This document shows positions 63,801-64,000 of a stretch of DNA of 64,000 nt, piece after piece (position 1 is the first letter of the stretch; each line of letters opens with the position of its first letter). A model generated the notes under the pieces. The model had not been told where the DNA came from. It did not search any database and worked only from the letters and a program-made list of their open reading frames with translations. Made by a program: the position numbers and the translations under genes. Origin of the DNA: Macrostomum lignano (Eukaryota); NCBI GenBank assembly GCA_002269645.1, contig NIVC01002277.1:123823-187822 (forward strand), in the 5' to 3' direction.

Positions 63801-64000
63801 CAGAGGGTGTCCAAAATGACCAGAAAGTGTCCCAAAATGACTGATAATTTTCGAATTTTAACCATCATCACAGATCACAAGCCTCTGATCCCGCTTTTTT
63901 AAGCCGGGTTCACGGTTGGCGCCGAGAATTGAGCGCCATCTTCAGATCAAACTCCGAATGCCGGCCCGGCGCATCAAACCCGTCAGATCTTCTGAGCCGA

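Overview
Eukaryotic (invertebrate animal) genomic DNA with spliced, GC-rich exons and very abundant micro- and minisatellites. The style of the sequence and the gene content (innexin, divergent orphan GPCRs) suggest a flatworm such as Macrostomum; this is inference only. Supported genes: (1) a multi-exon minus-strand gene (~9.5-22.5 kb) encoding a partial plakin domain (spectrin-repeat/SH3 region) followed by six 54-aa repeats rich in (T/A)QT motifs; (2) YJU2/CCDC94 in two exons; (3) an intronless orphan class A-like GPCR; (4) a two-exon ankyrin-repeat/caspase fusion with an intact His/Cys dyad; (5) a three-exon ~535-aa orphan protein; (6) a three-exon calmodulin-like gene that needs a GC-AG intron; (7) an intronless innexin CDS; (8) a second orphan GPCR with a frameshift before TM7. 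Mobile DNA: a 2.4-kb foldback element built of two inverted arrays of a ~161-bp unit with Kolobok-like ends, several MITEs, a tRNA-derived CORE-type SINE, and decayed KDZ and EnSpm/CMC transposase relics. Most long ORFs in the supplied track are translations of tandem repeats and are not genes. No CRISPR array, rRNA or bona fide tRNA was found. Exon boundaries were read by eye and no database searches were run.
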